Source of the DNA: an uncultured Bacteroidales bacterium
GTDB taxonomy: Bacteria; Bacteroidota; Bacteroidia; Bacteroidales; UBA932
Length of the DNA: 64,000 nucleotides
Direction: 5' to 3'
Assembly (NCBI GenBank): GCA_910585445.1
Contig: CAJUEK010000007.1
Location: 1,596-65,595 of the forward strand
The translations under genes were made by a program, and so were the position numbers. Below, in pieces: positions 60,942 to 64,000 of this stretch (positions are counted from its first letter, which is position 1; each line of letters opens with the position of its first letter). The notes below the pieces were generated by a model. It did no database searches. It was not told the DNA's origin and saw only the letters and a program-made list of their open reading frames with translations.

Positions 60942-62570
60942 CTACATCCCAGCGGCAAGAGAGCGGTATTTCCCATACAACATGTCAAAAATCTCATGCC
61001 GTGCCGCATCCGGCAGATATTCCGCCACAAAATCCTGTCCCATGGCATCTTGCGCATGCCTTATATCGGGATGGATTCCGGCAACGACAGAGGCAAACAT
61101 CGCGGCTCCGAGCGCACAGGCCTGCCCGCAGCCGGAAACCTTGATAGGCACTCCGAGAACATCGGCCATGGTCTGCATAACATATCTTGACTTGCGGGAA
61201 ATCCCTCCGACAGCGATAACATCACCTATCGCCACCCCCTCCTCACTGAACCGTTCATTAATAGCCCTTGAGCCGAAAGCAGTAGCCTCCACAAGAGCCT
61301 TGAACAAATGCGGTGCAGTGCAAGACATCGACAGCCCTGTAATCTTCGCCTTTACCCTCTGGTCCGAATCAGGAGTGCGCCTGCCGTTGAACCAGTCCAG
61401 GGCAACCATGTCATCCGCAGTGACAGGAAGCTTCTCCGCCTCATCTGCCAATGAAGGGATTATATTGTCCTTAATGAAACCGCCTCCTGAGCCTGAAACG
61501 GCAAGAGGCCACTCCAACAGCCGGCTGAACCATGCATAAACATCACCGAAAGCAGCCTGTCCGGCTTCCATACCGACATATCCGGGGAGCACAGAACCGT
61601 CAACCTGCCCGCAGATTCCCTTTACCACACGGCTCCCGACCTCTTCATAAGAACCGACAGCCACGTCACATGTGGATGTTCCCATAACTTTGACAAGGGC
61701 CCCCTGCGTAATCCCGGCACCGACTGCCCCGAAATGGCAGTCAATGGCACCGACTCCTATGGCAATGCCTTCAGCAAGACCGAGCCTTTCAGCCCATTCG
61801 CCACACAAAGTCCCTGCAAGAGCGTCTGAAGTGGCAGTCCTGTCATACAGATGCCCTTTGAATATCGTCAGCAACGGATCTACTGCCTCAAGAAACTCCC
61901 ATGAAGGAAGTCCGCCCCACGACTCATGCCACATCGCCTTATGCCCCGCAGCGCAACGGCTTCTTACCACATGTTCCGGACGGGTGTCCCCGGAAAGGAC
62001 GGCCGCCATCCAGTCGCAGTGTTCAATCCACGAGCAGGCATCTTCCGCCAATTCCGGACTTGACCTGAGCGCATGAAGCATCTTTGCCCATACCCACTCG
62101 CAGGAATATTTGCCTCCGCAATAGCGCGTATAGTCAACATCCCATCCTGCTGCAACCACGTTTATCCTGTCCGCCTCCGCCATTGCCGTATGGTCTTTCC
62201 ATAACATGAACATGGCATCCGGATTGGAGGCATGCCTGTCAAGAAGAGCCAGCGGAGTGCCCTCAGAATCCGTAAGGACAGGGGTCGATGCGGTCGTGTC
62301 AAACGAGATGCCCGCCACACGCGATGCTACGGACGGCTCGGCAGACTTTGCCTTGGAAAGCATGCCTTTAACACATTCGGTAAATGATTCGATGTAATCA
62401 GAAGGGTGCTGGCGGTACATGTTCCGTGAAGTGTCGCAGAACAGGCCTGCCTTCCAGCGCGGGTAACATACCACTTCCTGGGCCAATATGCGTCCGTCAG
62501 CAGTATCCGCAAGAATGCAGCGTACAGAATCGGTCCCGAAATCCGCACCTATTACATATAATGGTTTCAT
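60942..62570 (-). CDS. araB: Ribulokinase (FGGY family)
   Basis: DFGTDSVR, LWKDHTA, GTSTCD, DWFNGRRTP. Confidence 0.9.
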   Translation of the reverse strand: MKPLYVIGADFGTDSVRCILADTADGRILAQEVVCYPRWKAGLFCDTSRNMYRQHPSDYIESFTECVKGMLSKAKSAEPSVASRVAGISFDTTASTPVLTDSEGTPLALLDRHASNPDAMFMLWKDHTAMAEADRINVVAAGWDVDYTRYCGGKYSCEWVWAKMLHALRSSPELAEDACSWIEHCDWMAAVLSGDTRPEHVVRSRCAAGHKAMWHESWGGLPSWEFLEAVDPLLTIFKGHLYDRTATSDALAGTLCGEWAERLGLAEGIAIGVGAIDCHFGAVGAGITQGALVKVMGTSTCDVAVGSYEEVGSRVVKGICGQVDGSVLPGYVGMEAGQAAFGDVYAWFSRLLEWPLAVSGSGGGFIKDNIIPSLADEAEKLPVTADDMVALDWFNGRRTPDSDQRVKAKITGLSMSCTAPHLFKALVEATAFGSRAINERFSEEGVAIGDVIAVGGISRKSRYVMQTMADVLGVPIKVSGCGQACALGAAMFASVVAGIHPDIRHAQDAMGQDFVAEYLPDAARHEIFDMLYGKYRSLAAGM

Positions 62571-62603
62571 ACTATCAATTTTTGTGGTTTCACGACAAGG
62601 CCC

Positions 62604-64000
62604 TTACCTGCTTCTCTTCCGTCCAGGAAGTACGGATGAGAGGATGAAGCCCGTAAAGAATATTGTCAGCGTACCGAGCACTATTGCCAGATTCAGATGT
62701 ATGAATTGCGGCAACGGAAACAGTTTCTGCCCGAAAGTGACATAGATTACCGTGACCAGCCCGAGCACGGTGGCTATAGCAGCCTGGCCTGAAGTGGTCC
62801 GTTTCGTGAACATTCCGAGAAGGAAGAGTCCAAGCATTCCGCCCGAAAGCACACTCTGCATCGACCACCACACGGTAAGGGCACTCTTCACATTCATGAC
62901 AGCCACGGCCACTCCTATAGAAAATATAGTGAGCGCCACTGTCATTACGCGCAAGAATCTTATATTGTTCCCCTCAGTAGCCTTTCCCGGAAAGAATTTC
63001 TTGAAATAATCCTCAAGCAGAACGGTAGAGCCGGAATTCAGGGTAGCCGCTATCGTACTCATTGCCGCAGCTATGATTGCTGCGATAAGCAAGCCGGACA
63101 CACCGTGCGGAAGCATGTGCACGATATACCAAGGATAGACAGAATCAGACTGATCCGCCACCTCCGCCGGAATCACTCCAGGATGCGTAGCCTGGAAAAT
63201 CCACAGTCCAGTGCCGATGAGGACAAACATGAGCGTGACAGGCACATACAGCATGGCTCCATGAAAAGCGGACTTGCGCGCGGACTTCAAATCCTTTGCC
63301 GCGACATACCTCTGCGTAAAGCTCTGGTCTATTCCGAAATTCTGAAGATTGATGAATATTCCATACACGAAAGACACCCAGAAAGTCTCAGTGCTCCAGT
63401 CCGACAGCGAAAGAGAGCCAAGAGAGAATTTGCCCGCATCCCATGCCATTTTCAGACCGCTTCCAAGACCGTCCGGCATATTCAGCACAAGGCTGGCCAT
63501 GACGGCAAGCGTGCCGGCTATAAGCACAAGAGACTGTATAGCATCAGCCCATATGACGGCCTTGAAGCCGCCCATCATCGAATAAAGCATTGTAAGCACG
63601 CCAGTTACGATGATTATGGCAAGACTTGAAAAGCCAAGGGCAGACTTCAGGGTAAGGGCAAGCAGGAACAGGATTACCCCGCTCCTCGCGCTCTGCATTA
63701 TAAGGAAGCATGCACTCGCATAAATACGCGCCCAAGGCCCGAAACGCTCCTCAAGATAGGTATAGGCCGAAATGCTGTTTGTCTTTCGATAAAAAGGCAC
63801 GAACCAGACTGCCGCTATAAGTGCCGCAACAGGAATCGTGAGAGTCAGTACATAGCAGTTCCAATTGGTAAGGCAAGCCTTTGCAGGAAGCGCCAGGAAA
63901 GATATGGAACTTACCAGAGTCGCAAAAATGGACAGTGCGATTGCCCAGCCGGGAATCCTTCCGCCTCCTGACATGAATATTCCTGCATCCCCGGAATCTT
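62604..64000 (-). CDS. Sodium:solute symporter (5' end outside window)
   Basis: SIFATLVSSISFL, YLEERF, DQSFTQRY; frame open to window edge. Confidence 0.92.
   Translation of the reverse strand, partial: DSGDAGIFMSGGGRIPGWAIALSIFATLVSSISFLALPAKACLTNWNCYVLTLTIPVAALIAAVWFVPFYRKTNSISAYTYLEERFGPWARIYASACFLIMQSARSGVILFLLALTLKSALGFSSLAIIIVTGVLTMLYSMMGGFKAVIWADAIQSLVLIAGTLAVMASLVLNMPDGLGSGLKMAWDAGKFSLGSLSLSDWSTETFWVSFVYGIFINLQNFGIDQSFTQRYVAAKDLKSARKSAFHGAMLYVPVTLMFVLIGTGLWIFQATHPGVIPAEVADQSDSVYPWYIVHMLPHGVSGLLIAAIIAAAMSTIAATLNSGSTVLLEDYFKKFFPGKATEGNNIRFLRVMTVALTIFSIGVAVAVMNVKSALTVWWSMQSVLSGGMLGLFLLGMFTKRTTSGQAAIATVLGLVTVIYVTFGQKLFPLPQFIHLNLAIVLGTLTIFFTGFILSSVLPGRKRSR

Noticed and set aside
18607..64000. 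Numerous antisense/overlapping ORFs in the six-frame track (e.g. 39326-40096, 47664-48485, 51620-52369)
   Set aside because: They are shadows of well-supported genes on the opposite strand and have no recognisable motifs

Overview
Bacteroidales-type chromosomal window, judged from TTTG-N19-21-TAnnTTTG promoters and the rseC-rnfBCDGEA gene order. Positions 1 to ~16.5 kb are the right arm of a prophage. It carries an S49 prohead protease, probable capsid, a -1 frameshift gene, terminase, portal and probable head/tail completion genes. These are followed by an accessory/regulatory block and a tyrosine integrase abutting the 3' end of an initiator tRNA-Met. That block contains an AT-rich ClpP-fold protease moron, an orphan hicB, an RHH gene, an unannotated 22-aa peptide with a convergent antisense transcript, a c4/CI-like antisense RNA and hicAB. 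Just outside the tRNA is a RAYT-type HUH (Y1) nuclease next to a 707-bp array of nine 35-bp GTTCC...GGGAAC palindromes at an exact 84-bp period; this is the most striking unexplained structure. The remainder is mostly housekeeping: pur genes interrupted by a compact wbp sugar cluster, rnf, dnaB, alaS, an LptF-Fmt fusion, ilvA, ilvE, lptG, tgt, a nucleoside permease, an S1/P1 nuclease, ribulokinase and a sodium:solute symporter. All protein calls are from motif recognition by eye; no database searches were run.
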